DNA of 64,000 bases from Parachlamydiales bacterium. Its GTDB lineage: Bacteria; Chlamydiota; Chlamydiia; Chlamydiales; SM23-39. The stretch lies in contig JBAZUK010000001.1 in NCBI GenBank assembly GCA_041661445.1, positions 66,027 to 130,026 of the forward strand, read 5' to 3'. The position numbers were made by a program, and so were the translations under genes. Below are positions 46,937-57,774 of the stretch, piece after piece (position 1 is the first letter of the stretch; each line of letters opens with the position of its first letter). Under the pieces are notes generated by a model. That model had not been told where the DNA came from, did not search any database, and saw only the letters and a program-made list of their open reading frames with translations.

Positions 46937-47785
46937 ATGGAATCCAAAATGTCAAAAATTCATTCTCTTGCTTACATTGAAGATGGAGCTGTTATTGGTA
47001 AAAATGTAGAAATAGAGCCTTTTGCTGTCATCAAAAAAAACGTTGTTATAGAAGACAATGCTATTATTAAATCTCATGCTTATATCGATGGATATACAAC
47101 TATTAAACAGAATGCTGTGATTTGGCCAGGAGCTAGTATCGGAACTAAACCCCAAGATTTAAAATATAGAGGTGAAAAAACATTTGTAGAAATAGGATGC
47201 AATACTGAAATACGAGAATTTGCTACTATCAATTCATCTTGTATTGAGAATTCTAGAGTTACAATTGGAAACAATTGCCTAATAATGGCTTATTGTCATA
47301 TAGCTCATAATTGCACTGTCGGAAATAATGTTGTTATGGCCAATAGTTCAATGTTAGCAGGTCATGTTGTTATTGAAGATCACGTTGTTATAGGCGGAAT
47401 GACTCCCATACATCAATTTTCAAGAATAGGCTGTAATGCCATGGTAGGAGGGTTCAGTAGAGTTCCAAACGATGTTCCACCTTATACCATAGGCGGAGGG
47501 TATCCTTATCGTTTAGGCGGATTGAATTTAGTTGGGCTTAAAAGAAAAGAATTTTCATTGGAAGTACGAAGTGAGCTTTCAAAAGCTTTTAAAATCACAT
47601 ATAGAATGGGACTTAGATTGGACCAAGCTATTGAAAAAATTCAAGGCGAATTAAAACCATTTAAAGAAATTATTCACTGGATAGATTTTTGTAAAAATTC
47701 TAAAAGAGGAATAATTGGACTTGAAGGGATCTCTAATCAAAATAAAACTAGTGATGAATTAGAAAAAGTTTGTGCTGCTGAATGA
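46937..47785 (+). CDS. lpxA: acyl-ACP--UDP-N-acetylglucosamine O-acyltransferase
   Basis: Left-handed beta-helix hexapeptide repeats and IGGMTPIHQFSRIG. The true start may be ATG 46949 (MSKIHSLAYIEDGA). Ends in TGA, overlapping the fmt ATG (ATGA). Confidence 0.92.
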   Translation: MESKMSKIHSLAYIEDGAVIGKNVEIEPFAVIKKNVVIEDNAIIKSHAYIDGYTTIKQNAVIWPGASIGTKPQDLKYRGEKTFVEIGCNTEIREFATINSSCIENSRVTIGNNCLIMAYCHIAHNCTVGNNVVMANSSMLAGHVVIEDHVVIGGMTPIHQFSRIGCNAMVGGFSRVPNDVPPYTIGGGYPYRLGGLNLVGLKRKEFSLEVRSELSKAFKITYRMGLRLDQAIEKIQGELKPFKEIIHWIDFCKNSKRGIIGLEGISNQNKTSDELEKVCAAE

Positions 47786-48708
47786 AAATAATTTTTTTTG
47801 GAACTCCAAAGTTTTCTTCGAACATTTTAGCTTATTTATTCGAAAAAAAATTCGATATTCAAGCAGTTGTAACTCAACCAGACCATATCAGAAATAATAA
47901 AGTTGAGATTTCAGAAGTAAAAAAGCTTTCAAAAAATTATTTAAGCGATGAGAATATCTTTCAGCCGGAAAAAGCTTCTGACCCGGATTTTATTGATCTG
48001 TTAAAGAAATATAAAGCAGATTTGTTTGTTGTAATCGCTTATGGTCAAATATTAACTCAAGAATTGCTTGATTTGCCCCTTTTAGCGCCTGTTAATGTCC
48101 ATGCCTCCTTGTTGCCAAAATATAGAGGTGCAGCCCCAATGCAGCACTGTCTGATAAACGGAGACAAGAAGACAGGTATCACTATTATGAGAATGGTGAG
48201 AAAAATGGATGCTGGTCCAATCATAGATAAAGATGAAATTGAAATAGATGATGATATGAATTTCTCTGTGCTTGAAGATAAGCTGTGTTCAATCGCTAAG
48301 CCTTTGCTCTTAAGAGTAATAGAAAGATTTAAAAACAAAAATATTACTTATCAGATGCAAGATGAAAATCAAGTAACATTTGCACCAAAAATCACAAAAG
48401 AATTACGTGAAGTTAATTTTAAAAATACATCTGAGGTAATAAACAATCAGATAAGAGCTTTTGCAGATAGGCCTGGGGCTTTTTGTAAAATCTCCTTAGA
48501 TGAAGAAATTAAAGAATTAAAAATATTCAAAATTAAAATTATGGATATTAATTTAGCTCCTAAAGAGATTTTGATTCAAAATAATACTATAACAATTGGT
48601 TCTCAGGATAAAGCTATTCAGCTCATTGAAGTTCAATTAGAGGGCAAAAAAAGGATGTCAGCATCCGAATTTGTTCATGGTCTTAAAAATAATCTTATTA
48701 TAATTTAA
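47782..48708 (+). CDS. fmt: methionyl-tRNA formyltransferase
   Basis: Contains MKIIFFGTP, NVHASLLPKYRGAAPMQ and GITIM. Confidence 0.92.
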   Translation: MKIIFFGTPKFSSNILAYLFEKKFDIQAVVTQPDHIRNNKVEISEVKKLSKNYLSDENIFQPEKASDPDFIDLLKKYKADLFVVIAYGQILTQELLDLPLLAPVNVHASLLPKYRGAAPMQHCLINGDKKTGITIMRMVRKMDAGPIIDKDEIEIDDDMNFSVLEDKLCSIAKPLLLRVIERFKNKNITYQMQDENQVTFAPKITKELREVNFKNTSEVINNQIRAFADRPGAFCKISLDEEIKELKIFKIKIMDINLAPKEILIQNNTITIGSQDKAIQLIEVQLEGKKRMSASEFVHGLKNNLIII

Positions 48709-48852
48709 TTATAATTATTTAATTTACAAATTGTTGTTTTATTGTAAAAGTAATTTTTTTAGATTTGTGTTTGTTATATATTGTATTTTAATAATTTACA
48801 AATATATTATAATTTAATATGATTTAGTCTGAAAAATAATGATATATATATT

Positions 48853-49662
48853 ATGGTTTGTTCAATTTCAGAATTAGATTCTAGAAAATTAGAAAATTTT
48901 CAAAAATTATATTCCTGCGAAAATGAGGAAAAAGATTACTTTAAGATATTTTCTCATTACGTCCAAAGCAGTTCAGGCATTTATAGATTTTATAAATTGC
49001 TCTCTGATTTTTGCAAATTACCGATGCATTATGCTAAACAATTGAGCCTTCCAAGGGAAACTTATGAAAATTTATTTAAATTGAATGATGGCTTTAAATT
49101 TTTAACTAAAAATCTAATTTTAACTAAAATTGGTGTTTCAGCTTATGATATGAAGGCTTCTTATCAGAAATATCTGAAAGCAGAAGTTAAAGATTTGACT
49201 AGAAACAGAGATAAATTTGCTAAAAAAACTTCAGAATTTGTTTCTGATGGAATGTTTCTTTTGCAGCTTGGAGAATTTTTGAGCATATATTCCTTAAGGG
49301 CTTTGTCTCAACCTATTAATTTCTTAGGTAATTTTTTTTCACTTATAACTAATGCATTTTCAGTTAAACTTGATAATGAAGAATATTTTGATCATTGTAA
49401 TATGGGGAAAAGTGTTGAACTTCAGAAACCAGCTTCTTCTAGATTAAAAATAATTTTCCACGAAATAAAGAAAATGGATCAGATGAAAATGGTCAAGTCA
49501 ATTTCATCAGTTGTCCTATCAGTTTTTGTTATTATAGAAATAATATTTAAATACGCAGTATTGCCTCCTGGAGGTATGCTTTTAGCGTCTTCTGCATCAA
49601 CCTTGTTAGCGATCTGGTTGGATTTTTATCAAAAAAGTTTAAGTTATCCGATGATTAGCTAA
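48853..49662 (+). CDS. hypothetical protein with a C-terminal bilobed hydrophobic domain (Inc-like; at the CT529/Cap1 position)
   Basis: 269 aa with no recognisable domain. The C-terminal segments SISSVVLSVFVIIEIIF and MLLASSASTLLAIWLDF are separated by KYAVLPPGG. It lies between fmt and rplC, where C. trachomatis encodes CT529 (recalled). Confidence 0.45.
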   Translation: MVCSISELDSRKLENFQKLYSCENEEKDYFKIFSHYVQSSSGIYRFYKLLSDFCKLPMHYAKQLSLPRETYENLFKLNDGFKFLTKNLILTKIGVSAYDMKASYQKYLKAEVKDLTRNRDKFAKKTSEFVSDGMFLLQLGEFLSIYSLRALSQPINFLGNFFSLITNAFSVKLDNEEYFDHCNMGKSVELQKPASSRLKIIFHEIKKMDQMKMVKSISSVVLSVFVIIEIIFKYAVLPPGGMLLASSASTLLAIWLDFYQKSLSYPMIS

Positions 49663-49809
49663 ATGAAGAAAAATGCAAATATTTTAAAAAAGTTAAGCCA
49701 AAGAAAAAAACTTACTTACCTCGAGATATTGATTGTGATAAGCTTCTTGGGATTAGTATTCTCACTTATAATAATTTCCTTTTGCAATTCGTGTAATTAT
49801 TTTTTTTAA
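49663..49809 (+). CDS. 48-aa membrane micro-ORF with a prepilin-like N-terminus, not in ORF track
   Basis: The ATG directly abuts the upstream TAA (TAAATG). The translation is MKKNANILKKLSQRKKLTYLEILIVISFLGLVFSLIIISFCNSCNYFF. It has a basic leader, and LTYLEILIVISFLGL resembles the class-III signal (G|FTLIELLVV...) with Glu at +5. The usual Gly at -1 is absent. Confidence 0.35.
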   Translation: MKKNANILKKLSQRKKLTYLEILIVISFLGLVFSLIIISFCNSCNYFF

Positions 49810-50019
49810 ATGTTTTTATTTGCATTTTTCTTGTGATCAATTCATAATTTTTATATATTATTTTTTCAAACACATTTGATGTTATGTATTTGCAAAAAAA
49901 TGGATTGAGATAAATCAAGTGCTTTGTTAACCTGTTTTGGTAATCTTTTATTTGATGAATTTTTAAATAAAATGATTATAAAGAATTATGCTTGTTTTAA
50001 GTAGAAAAGGAATTAAGAA

Positions 50020-50670
50020 ATGTCAATTAAATTGATTGGAAAAAAATGTGGTATGACCCAGATTTTCGATGATAAAGGAAATATAGTGGTCTGCACGGTT
50101 ATTGAAATTAAACCTAATTATATCGTTCAAGTGAAAAAGAAACAGACTGATGGTTATGATGCGGTACAGATAGGGTCTATTAAAAAAGAAAAAATAAGTA
50201 AGCCTTTGAAAGGTCATTTTGCAAAAGCTAAAATTGATGCCTGCGAAAAATTGATTGAGTCTAGAGTTGAAAATGTTGACGAATTTGCCGTTGGTCAGGA
50301 ATTAAGCGTTAATTTCTTTGAAAAGGGACAGTATGTTGATGTTATTGGTCGGTCTAAGGGAAAGGGTTTTCAAGGATTGATAAAATTATATGGGTTTGCT
50401 GGGATGCCTGCAACTCACGGTTGCTCAAGATCGCATAGACTTGGAGGTTCTACAGGAATGAGAACTAGTCCTGGTAGATGTTTTCCTGGAGGGAAAAGAG
50501 CTTCTCATATGGGATGGGATAATATGACTGTTCAGAATATTAGGATTGTTGAGGTTGATGTAGAAAAAAATTTACTATTGGTACAGGGAGCGGTTCCTGG
50601 AATGAAAAATAGCATTGTTTCAATAACTCAGGCAAAGAAAAAATCTTTAGTTAAAAAATCAAAAAAATAA
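50020..50670 (+). CDS. rplC: 50S ribosomal protein L3
   Basis: Opening [12 protein letters not shown]. First gene of the r-protein cluster. Confidence 0.95.
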   Translation: MSIKLIGKKCGMTQIFDDKGNIVVCTVIEIKPNYIVQVKKKQTDGYDAVQIGSIKKEKISKPLKGHFAKAKIDACEKLIESRVENVDEFAVGQELSVNFFEKGQYVDVIGRSKGKGFQGLIKLYGFAGMPATHGCSRSHRLGGSTGMRTSPGRCFPGGKRASHMGWDNMTVQNIRIVEVDVEKNLLLVQGAVPGMKNSIVSITQAKKKSLVKKSKK

Positions 50671-50683
50671 TTGAGGAAAAAAC

Positions 50684-51328
50684 GTGGCTACACTAAAAAA
50701 ATACGATTTAAGCGGAAAAGAAATTGCTCAGGAGACCATTGGAGACGAAGTTCTTCAAAATATAGCTAATCCTCAAATGATAAAGGATTACTTAGTAGCT
50801 TTAAGAAGCAATGCTAGGCAATGGTCTGCTAATACAAAGGGAAGAAAAGAGGTTAACCGGACAGGTGCAAAGCCTCATAAGCAAAAAGGTACAGGAAGAG
50901 CGAGGCAGGGTTGTTTTGCTGCAACGCAATATCGTGGTGGTGGAATCGTTTTTGGACCAAAACCTAAATTTGATCAACATACAAGAATTAATAAGAAAGA
51001 AAAACTTGCAGTTATAAGATCATTGTTAATAGAAAAGATAAAATCAAGCAATGCGATTGTTTTAAAATTTGATGACAGTGATATTAAAAAAACAAAACAA
51101 ATTGCTGGTTTCTTTGATAACATGAATTTAGTTGATAAAAGAGTTTTGGTTATTTCTAAACCTAAAGATTCAGATAATTTTCGTAGATGTGTTAAGAATT
51201 TACCCAAAAAAGAATTGGTAAATATTGTTGCGCTCAATGGATATGATTTGGCTCTCTGTAATGATTTGGTGATAATAGATTCTGTTTTAGAAGATACTAA
51301 AGCTATATTAACGAGAGGTGAAAAATAA
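50684..51328 (+). CDS. rplD: 50S ribosomal protein L4
   Basis: GTG start with a GAGGA SD. Contains QKGTGRARQG. Confidence 0.93.
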   Translation: MATLKKYDLSGKEIAQETIGDEVLQNIANPQMIKDYLVALRSNARQWSANTKGRKEVNRTGAKPHKQKGTGRARQGCFAATQYRGGGIVFGPKPKFDQHTRINKKEKLAVIRSLLIEKIKSSNAIVLKFDDSDIKKTKQIAGFFDNMNLVDKRVLVISKPKDSDNFRRCVKNLPKKELVNIVALNGYDLALCNDLVIIDSVLEDTKAILTRGEK

Positions 51329-51331
51329 AAA

Positions 51332-51667
51332 ATGGAAAAAAGTCCTTTTGATATTATTAAATCGCGATATGTAACTGAAAAAGCAACAGTTTTGGCGTCT
51401 TTGAAAGATGCTAAAAGTAATGCATGTTTAAAAAAGTTTGATAAACCTAAATATGTTTTTTTAGTTGACCCAAATGCAAATAAAAGAGAAATTATTTGGG
51501 CTATTGAAAAAATTTATGAAAATAAGAAAATCAAAGTTTTGTATGTTAACACAATAAACGTACACCCAAAAATAAAAAGAGTACGTGGACGTATAGGCAA
51601 AACAAAAAATTTAAAAAAAGCAATTGTTACTTTGGAAGCTGGGGACAGCTTGGAAGATCAAGTTTAA
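51332..51667 (+). CDS. rplW: 50S ribosomal protein L23
   Basis: Contains IKSRYVTEKAT. Position between L4 and L2. Confidence 0.9.
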   Translation: MEKSPFDIIKSRYVTEKATVLASLKDAKSNACLKKFDKPKYVFLVDPNANKREIIWAIEKIYENKKIKVLYVNTINVHPKIKRVRGRIGKTKNLKKAIVTLEAGDSLEDQV

Positions 51668-51684
51668 AATAAGGTGAAAAAAAG

Positions 51685-52512
51685 ATGACTAAGAAATTTC
51701 GGCCGATGACTCCTTCTTTACGTAGGTTGGTATTACCAAGCACTGATGAATTATGCCCTGAAAAAAGAGGACCTCATAAATCTTTGACGAGTTCTAAAAA
51801 AAGAATAAGTGGAAGAAATAATCATGGACATATTACTTGCAGGCATAGAGGTGGCGGACATAAAAGAAAATATAGGATAATCGATTTTAAAAGAGAAAAA
51901 GTAAATATAGAAGCTAGGGTTGCATCTATTGAATACGATCCAAATAGAACTTCACATATTGCTTTGTTAAATTATGTTGATGGTGAGAAAAGATATATTT
52001 TGGCTCCTCAAGGTTTGAAAGTTGGTGATGTTATTTCAACAACAGAAGGAGAGCCTTTTAAAATTGGAAACTGCATGAAACTTAAGTTCGTGCCACTTGG
52101 TTCTTTTGTTCATAACATCGAATTGACACCAGGTAAAGGCGGCATCTTGGTAAGATCTGCGGGATTATCTGCTCAGCTCCTTGCTAGAAGTGATGGTTTG
52201 GCTACTATAAAAATGCCATCGGGTGAAATAAGAATGGTTCAAGATGAATGTATGGCTACTTTAGGAATGATTTCGAATTCAGAACACAACCTTAGAATTG
52301 ATGGAAAGGCAGGAAGAAGAAGATGGCAGGGAATTAGACCTACGGTTAGAGGTATTGCTATGAACCCGGTTGATCACCCTATGGGTGGTGGTGAAGGTAG
52401 AGGAAAAGGAAATCATCCTCAATCTCCATGGGCTATGTTTGCAAAAGGTTTTAGAACTAGAGCAAAAAGCAAAATCAATAAAAAAATTATTAAAGACAGA
52501 AGGAAAAAATAG
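51685..52512 (+). CDS. rplB: 50S ribosomal protein L2
   Basis: Contains [15 protein letters not shown] and [14 protein letters not shown]. Confidence 0.96.
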   Translation: MTKKFRPMTPSLRRLVLPSTDELCPEKRGPHKSLTSSKKRISGRNNHGHITCRHRGGGHKRKYRIIDFKREKVNIEARVASIEYDPNRTSHIALLNYVDGEKRYILAPQGLKVGDVISTTEGEPFKIGNCMKLKFVPLGSFVHNIELTPGKGGILVRSAGLSAQLLARSDGLATIKMPSGEIRMVQDECMATLGMISNSEHNLRIDGKAGRRRWQGIRPTVRGIAMNPVDHPMGGGEGRGKGNHPQSPWAMFAKGFRTRAKSKINKKIIKDRRKK

Positions 52513-52519
52513 GTGAGTC

Positions 52520-52816
52520 ATGGGTAGATCGTTAAAAAAGGGACCTTTTGTAGATCATTTCTTAATTGACCAGATCAATAAAGTTACTGAAGATAAAAAA
52601 AAGAAACCTATTAAGACTTATTCAAGAAGATCAATGATTATACCTCAAATGGTAGGATTGACATTCGAAGTTTATAATGGTAAAAAATTTCATACTGTAT
52701 TTGTCTCAGAAAATATGATTGGTCATAGATTAGGAGAATTTTCTCCTACTCGGACATTTAAAGGCCATCCTATTAAGAAAGTAACAACAACTACTACAGC
52801 AGGGCAAGGTTCATAA
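52520..52816 (+). CDS. rpsS: 30S ribosomal protein S19
   Basis: Contains [11 protein letters not shown] and [16 protein letters not shown]. Confidence 0.95.
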   Translation: MGRSLKKGPFVDHFLIDQINKVTEDKKKKPIKTYSRRSMIIPQMVGLTFEVYNGKKFHTVFVSENMIGHRLGEFSPTRTFKGHPIKKVTTTTTAGQGS

Positions 52817-53154
52817 TGCAAAAAGTAAAAGCAATCACAAAATATGTTAGAATAAGTCCTTATAAAGCGCGTAGAGCGGCTGATTTAGTAAGAAACATGA
52901 AAGTTGAAGATGCTGTGCTTCAGTTAAAGTATAGTAGTCTCAAGGGTGCAAGACTTTTATTGAAAACTCTGGATAGTGCCATTGCAAATGCGGAGACTCA
53001 ACTAGAAGCTAGAAAAGAAAATTTAAAAATTGCTGAAGTAAAAGTTGATGGCGGACCTACATTAAAAAGATCAAAGGCTAGGAATAAGGGCGGACAATCG
53101 CCTATAATGAAAAGAACTAGTCATTTTACTGTTGTTCTTACCAGTGATAAATAG
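52816..53154 (+). CDS. rplV: 50S ribosomal protein L22
   Basis: Contains RISPYKARRAADLVR. TAATG overlap with rpsS. Confidence 0.93.
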   Translation: MQKVKAITKYVRISPYKARRAADLVRNMKVEDAVLQLKYSSLKGARLLLKTLDSAIANAETQLEARKENLKIAEVKVDGGPTLKRSKARNKGGQSPIMKRTSHFTVVLTSDK

Positions 53155-53163
53155 GAGATTTAA

Positions 53164-53793
53164 ATGGGACAAAAAGGATCACCGATTGGATTTCGTTTAG
53201 TTACAAGGAAAAGATGGCTTTCCAATTGGTATGCAAATAAACAAGAGTTTGGAAATCTATTAGAAGAAGATAGAAAAATTAGAGAATATTTGATGAAACA
53301 GCCGGCTTGCGTTGGAACATCGAAGCTAGTGATTAAAAGAACAAGCGGAAAAATAGAAGTTACAATTCATACAGCAAGACCTGGATTGGTTATCGGAAAA
53401 AAAGGTTCTGAAATTGATGATATCAAAGCAGAACTTAAAAAAATGTCCGGTAAGGAAATTTGGATTGAAGTTGAAGAAATAAAAAGACCGGATTTGGATG
53501 CTCAGCTTGTATCGGATAATATTGCTAAGCAAATTGAAAGAAGGGTGCCGTTTAGAAGAGCGATGAAAAAAGCTATTCAGACTACAATGGATGCTGGAGC
53601 TGCTGGTGTAAAAGTCCAATTATCAGGTAGGATCGGTGGTGCTGAAATTGCAAGAACCGAATGGTATAAAGAAGGAAGAATTCCTCTTCATACTTTAAGA
53701 GCAGATATTGATTATGGTTTTAAGGGAGCTGAAACTCCATATGGAGTTATCGGTGTGAAAGTATGGATCAACAAGGGCGAAGAAATAATTTAG
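53164..53793 (+). CDS. rpsC: 30S ribosomal protein S3
   Basis: Opening [12 protein letters not shown], with KH and S3-C domains. Confidence 0.95.
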   Translation: MGQKGSPIGFRLVTRKRWLSNWYANKQEFGNLLEEDRKIREYLMKQPACVGTSKLVIKRTSGKIEVTIHTARPGLVIGKKGSEIDDIKAELKKMSGKEIWIEVEEIKRPDLDAQLVSDNIAKQIERRVPFRRAMKKAIQTTMDAGAAGVKVQLSGRIGGAEIARTEWYKEGRIPLHTLRADIDYGFKGAETPYGVIGVKVWINKGEEII

Positions 53794-53803
53794 GAGGATT
53801 CCA

Positions 53804-54223
53804 ATGGCGTTGATGCCGAAAAGAACTAAGTATCGTAAGATGCAAAAAGGCAGTTGTTCAGGATTAGCTACTAGTGGATGTTTTGTTGAATTCGGTGAAT
53901 TTGGAATGCAAACATTGGATAGAGGATGGATAACATCTAAACAAATAGAAGCTTGCCGTGTTACAATAACAAGATTTTTCAGCCGAAAAGGTAAAGTTTG
54001 GATTAGAATCTTTCCAGATAAGCCAGTGAGTAAAAAACCAGCTGAGACCAGAATGGGTAAAGGAAAAGGAGCTCCTAGTGAATGGGTAGCTGTAATTAGA
54101 CCGGGTAGAATATTATTTGAAGTTGGTAATGTTACTAAAGAGGAAGCTAAAAAAGCTTTGGGATTAGCTGCTGCAAAACTTCCTGTAAAAACAAGATTTG
54201 TAGAGCGTGTAGAAAGGGTATAA
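53804..54223 (+). CDS. rplP: 50S ribosomal protein L16
   Basis: Contains [14 protein letters not shown] and RMGKGKGAP. Confidence 0.95.
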   Translation: MALMPKRTKYRKMQKGSCSGLATSGCFVEFGEFGMQTLDRGWITSKQIEACRVTITRFFSRKGKVWIRIFPDKPVSKKPAETRMGKGKGAPSEWVAVIRPGRILFEVGNVTKEEAKKALGLAAAKLPVKTRFVERVERV

Positions 54224-54227
54224 TATT

Positions 54228-54452
54228 ATGGTAAAAATTAATGAAATCAGAGATCAAAGTGAAGAACATTTACAATATAGATTATCTGAAATAAATCGTG
54301 AGCGTTTTGATATAGTAAATGAACTGAAAGCAGCGCATAAAACAGAAAAACCACATTTATTAAAGGAACTAAAAAAAGAAAAGGCTAGAATTCTTACTGT
54401 TTTAACAGAAAGAAAGAATAGTGCTGAGAGGAAGAAAGATGGAAGCAAGTAA
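54228..54452 (+). CDS. rpmC: 50S ribosomal protein L29
   Basis: 74-aa helical basic protein between L16 and S17. Confidence 0.85.
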   Translation: MVKINEIRDQSEEHLQYRLSEINRERFDIVNELKAAHKTEKPHLLKELKKEKARILTVLTERKNSAERKKDGSK

Positions 54453-54681
54453 GAAAAAAGTTTTAGAAGGTACTGTTGTTTCAGACAAGATGCAAAAAAC
54501 TGTAGTTGTGAATGTAGTAACAAAAATGAGACATCCAAAATACAAAAAATTAGTGGAAAAATATAAAAAGTATTATGCACATGATGAAACAGGCGATGCT
54601 AAAGAAGGAAAAAAGGTTGAAATTGTTGAATGCAGACCTCTTTCAAAACTTAAAAGATTTAGAGTTGTAAAGGTTCTATAA
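54439..54681 (+). CDS. rpsQ: 30S ribosomal protein S17
   Basis: Contains [19 protein letters not shown] 54439 (GAGGA SD) is preferred over the ORF-track start 54421. Overlaps the rpmC end. Confidence 0.9.
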   Translation: MEASKKKVLEGTVVSDKMQKTVVVNVVTKMRHPKYKKLVEKYKKYYAHDETGDAKEGKKVEIVECRPLSKLKRFRVVKVL

Positions 54682-54696
54682 AAAAAGGAAATAACA

Positions 54697-55065
54697 ATGA
54701 TTCAAGAAGAGACAGTCCTTGAAGTGGCAGACAATACTGGAGCAAAAAAAGTTAAATGTTTTAGAGTTCTCGGTGGTTCGAAAAGAAGATATGCTGCTAT
54801 TGGCGACATTATTATCGGATCTATTAAAGAAGCTGATTCAAAAGGTGTAGTTAAAAAAGGCGAAGTTATAAAAGCTGTAATAGTAAGAACCAAAAATTAT
54901 ATTAAGAGACTAGATGGTTCAAAAATAAGATTTTATGATAATAGCTGTGTTATTATTGACGATAAGAATAATCCTAAAGGAACAAGGATATTTGGATCAG
55001 TCGCCAGAGAAGTAAGAGAAAATGGTTTTGTAAAAATTAGTTCACTAGCACCAGAGGTTATATGA
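54697..55065 (+). CDS. rplN: 50S ribosomal protein L14
   Basis: Opening [19 protein letters not shown]. Confidence 0.96.
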   Translation: MIQEETVLEVADNTGAKKVKCFRVLGGSKRRYAAIGDIIIGSIKEADSKGVVKKGEVIKAVIVRTKNYIKRLDGSKIRFYDNSCVIIDDKNNPKGTRIFGSVAREVRENGFVKISSLAPEVI

Positions 55066-55394
55066 GCAAATGGATTAAAAAAAATGATCGTGTTGTAGTT
55101 ATTACTGGAAATGACAAGGGCAAAGCTGGTTTGGTTCTTGCTCGAAAAGAAGATCGAGTTGTTGTGCAAGGAATTAATTTAAGAAAGAAACATATGAAAA
55201 GGAATCAACAGACTAAATCTGCTCAAATAGTAGAAATGGAAATGCCAATTCATATATCAAATGTTGCTTTTTGCACCAGTGATGATAAGCCTATTAAAGC
55301 AAAAATAAAACTTGAAAAAGAAGAAAAAAAATTAATTTATTTTGATAACGGCAAAGAAGTTGTTTTAAGAACAGTAAAACAAAAAGATAAATAG
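55062..55394 (+). CDS. rplX: 50S ribosomal protein L24
   Basis: Contains [19 protein letters not shown] (KOW motif). ATGA overlap with rplN. Confidence 0.93.
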   Translation: MSKWIKKNDRVVVITGNDKGKAGLVLARKEDRVVVQGINLRKKHMKRNQQTKSAQIVEMEMPIHISNVAFCTSDDKPIKAKIKLEKEEKKLIYFDNGKEVVLRTVKQKDK

Positions 55395-55402
55395 GAATAA
55401 AA

Positions 55403-55936
55403 ATGTCTAGATTAAAAGAAAAATATATTAAGGAGATCGTGCCTGCTTTTTTAAAGGAAAATACAGAGCTAAACAGGCATCAGGTTCCTGAATTAAAAAA
55501 AATTGTTATCAGTATGGGACTTAATGAAGCAGTCAAAGATAAATCATTAATCGAACAGCACATAAAAGAATTAACAATGATTTCAGGACAAAAGCCAGTA
55601 GTAACAAGATCTAAGAAAGCGATTTCAAATTTTAAACTTAGAGAAGATCAGGTTATTGGATTAAAAGTTACTATCAGAAAAAAAAGAATGTATGATTTTT
55701 TTGACAGATTCTGTAATATTGTTTGTCCAAGAATTAGGGACTTTAGAGGTTTTAATCCTAAAGCTGATGGAAGAGGTTCTTATAATATTGGTATTGATGA
55801 TCAGCAGGTATTTCCTGAGATTAATCTTGATGAAGTTAAACGACAACAAGGTATGAATATTGCATTTGTTACATCTTCTGCAACTGACCTTGATTGTATA
55901 AAATTATTACGTATGATGGGATTTCCTTTTAAATAG
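55403..55936 (+). CDS. rplE: 50S ribosomal protein L5
   Basis: Contains MSRLKEKY...ISNFKLRE and [18 protein letters not shown]. Confidence 0.95.
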   Translation: MSRLKEKYIKEIVPAFLKENTELNRHQVPELKKIVISMGLNEAVKDKSLIEQHIKELTMISGQKPVVTRSKKAISNFKLREDQVIGLKVTIRKKRMYDFFDRFCNIVCPRIRDFRGFNPKADGRGSYNIGIDDQQVFPEINLDEVKRQQGMNIAFVTSSATDLDCIKLLRMMGFPFK

Positions 55937-55952
55937 GTGGAGAAAATAATAT

Positions 55953-56345
55953 ATGGCATTTAATGATCCAATTGCAGAGTTTTTAACTAAAATTAGAAAT
56001 GCACAGAATGCACAGCATAAACATGTTGATATTTCTATTAGTAAAATGAAAATTCAGATCGCAAACATAATGAAAGAAAATGGATTTATAGAAAATTTTA
56101 TACAAAATGATTCTAATAAAAAGATGAGAGTGTTTTTGAAATATTCAAAAGCAAGAAAAGGTATTATTAAACAATTGAAAAGAATTTCTAAGCCAGGAAG
56201 AAGAATATACGCTACAAGCGATAAACTTCCAAAAATATTTGGTGGTATTGGTGTTGCTGTTCTATCGACTTCAAATGGTGTTATGGATGATGCTACTGCA
56301 AGAAAATTAAAAGTTGGTGGAGAAGTCCTCTGTTATATTTGGTAA
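55953..56345 (+). CDS. rpsH: 30S ribosomal protein S8
   Basis: Contains NDPIAEFLTKIRNA and GGEVLCYIW. It follows rplE directly, with no rpsN between them. Confidence 0.95.
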   Translation: MAFNDPIAEFLTKIRNAQNAQHKHVDISISKMKIQIANIMKENGFIENFIQNDSNKKMRVFLKYSKARKGIIKQLKRISKPGRRIYATSDKLPKIFGGIGVAVLSTSNGVMDDATARKLKVGGEVLCYIW

Positions 56346-56361
56346 AAAGGGATAAAATATT

Positions 56362-56913
56362 ATGTCAAGACTAGGTAGAATTCCAATAACTGTTCCTAAA
56401 GGTGTAGATGTTAAAATGTCACCGGAAAATGTATTAAATGTTAAAGGCCCGAAAGGAAATTTGTCATTGGATGTTAAAAAAGGTGTATTTTTAGAAGAAA
56501 AAGATGGCGAAATTACTGTAAAAATTGATGAAAAATCTGATCTAACATCAGCTATGCACGGCCTTTATAGAGCTTTAATTAATAATATGATAGTTGGTGT
56601 AGACAAAGGGTTTAAAAAAGAACTTAATCTTATTGGTGTTGGTTACAGAGCTCAGCTTAAAGGAAATTTGTTGGACATCCAAATCGGTTTTTCTCATCCA
56701 ACCGAAATCGAAATACCAAAAGATTTGAAAATTACTATCAATAAATCTGTTGAAATAATTATTGAAGGGACTGACAAACAAAAAGTCGGACAGTTTGCGG
56801 CTATGGTAAGATCTATAAGAAAGCCTGAACCTTACAAAGGAAAGGGAATTAGATATAAAGATGAATTTGTTCGTAAGAAAGCTGGAAAAGCTGCTAAAGC
56901 TGCTGCTAAATAA
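56362..56913 (+). CDS. rplF: 50S ribosomal protein L6
   Basis: Contains MSRLGRIPITVPKGV and GVGYRAQLKG. Confidence 0.95.
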   Translation: MSRLGRIPITVPKGVDVKMSPENVLNVKGPKGNLSLDVKKGVFLEEKDGEITVKIDEKSDLTSAMHGLYRALINNMIVGVDKGFKKELNLIGVGYRAQLKGNLLDIQIGFSHPTEIEIPKDLKITINKSVEIIIEGTDKQKVGQFAAMVRSIRKPEPYKGKGIRYKDEFVRKKAGKAAKAAAK

Positions 56914-56925
56914 AAGAGGTTAGAC

Positions 56926-57285
56926 GTGAATAATAATTTAAGAAAGAGAAATATATCTAGAGGAAGAAGGGTTTTAAGAGTTAGAAAAAAACTTTTGGGA
57001 ACTTTGACAAAACCTAGAATGTGTGTAAATAAAACAAATAAGCATTTGTTTATTCAATTGATCGATGATGAGAATTCAAATACAGTTGCATCTATTGGAA
57101 CTTTTTCGAAAGAGTTTAAGAGAAAGAAGTCAAAGCAGGCAGCTTCCGATTTAGGAAAGAAAATTGCTGAAATGGCTATTAGCAAAAATATTAATGAAGT
57201 TGTGTTTGACCGAGGTAGATGTATATATCACGGATTGCTTTCTTCGCTTGCTGATGGAGCAAGAGAAGCAGGACTTAAATTTTAA
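56926..57285 (+). CDS. rplR: 50S ribosomal protein L18
   Basis: GTG start. Contains PRMCVNKTNKHLFIQLIDD and GRCIYHGLLSSLADGAREAGLKF. Confidence 0.93.
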   Translation: MNNNLRKRNISRGRRVLRVRKKLLGTLTKPRMCVNKTNKHLFIQLIDDENSNTVASIGTFSKEFKRKKSKQAASDLGKKIAEMAISKNINEVVFDRGRCIYHGLLSSLADGAREAGLKF

Positions 57286-57300
57286 AATAGGTAGACTATA

Positions 57301-57774
57301 ATGGCAAAAGAGACCAAAGAATTAGAAGAAAAAGTACTCTATATAAATAGATGTTCAAAAGTTGTAAAAGGTGGAAGAAAATTCAGTTTCTCGGCTTTGA
57401 TATTGGTTGGCGATCAAAATGGTAGAGTGGGATATGGGTTTGCAAAAGCGAATGAAGTGTCTGATGCGATTAGAAAAGGATCGGAAGCCGCTAAAAAAAA
57501 TCTAAGTTCTTTTGAAATTGTTAATGGCACTATTCCTCATGAAATTGAGGTTGCATGGGACGGTGCAAAACTTTTATTGAAACCTGCGCCTGAAGGAACT
57601 GGAGTGATTGCTGGCGGTAAAGTTAGACCTGTTTTAGAATTTGCCGGAATTAAAAATATTGTAGCAAAAAGTCAGGGATCAAGTAATCCAATTAACCAAG
57701 TTAAAGCTACGTTTAAGGCTTTGAAGATGTTGCAAACTAAAGAAAAAGCCCTAGCAGAAAGGGGGATTAAATAA
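57301..57774 (+). CDS. rpsE: 30S ribosomal protein S5
   Basis: Contains [36 protein letters not shown]. Confidence 0.96.
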   Translation: MAKETKELEEKVLYINRCSKVVKGGRKFSFSALILVGDQNGRVGYGFAKANEVSDAIRKGSEAAKKNLSSFEIVNGTIPHEIEVAWDGAKLLLKPAPEGTGVIAGGKVRPVLEFAGIKNIVAKSQGSSNPINQVKATFKALKMLQTKEKALAERGIK

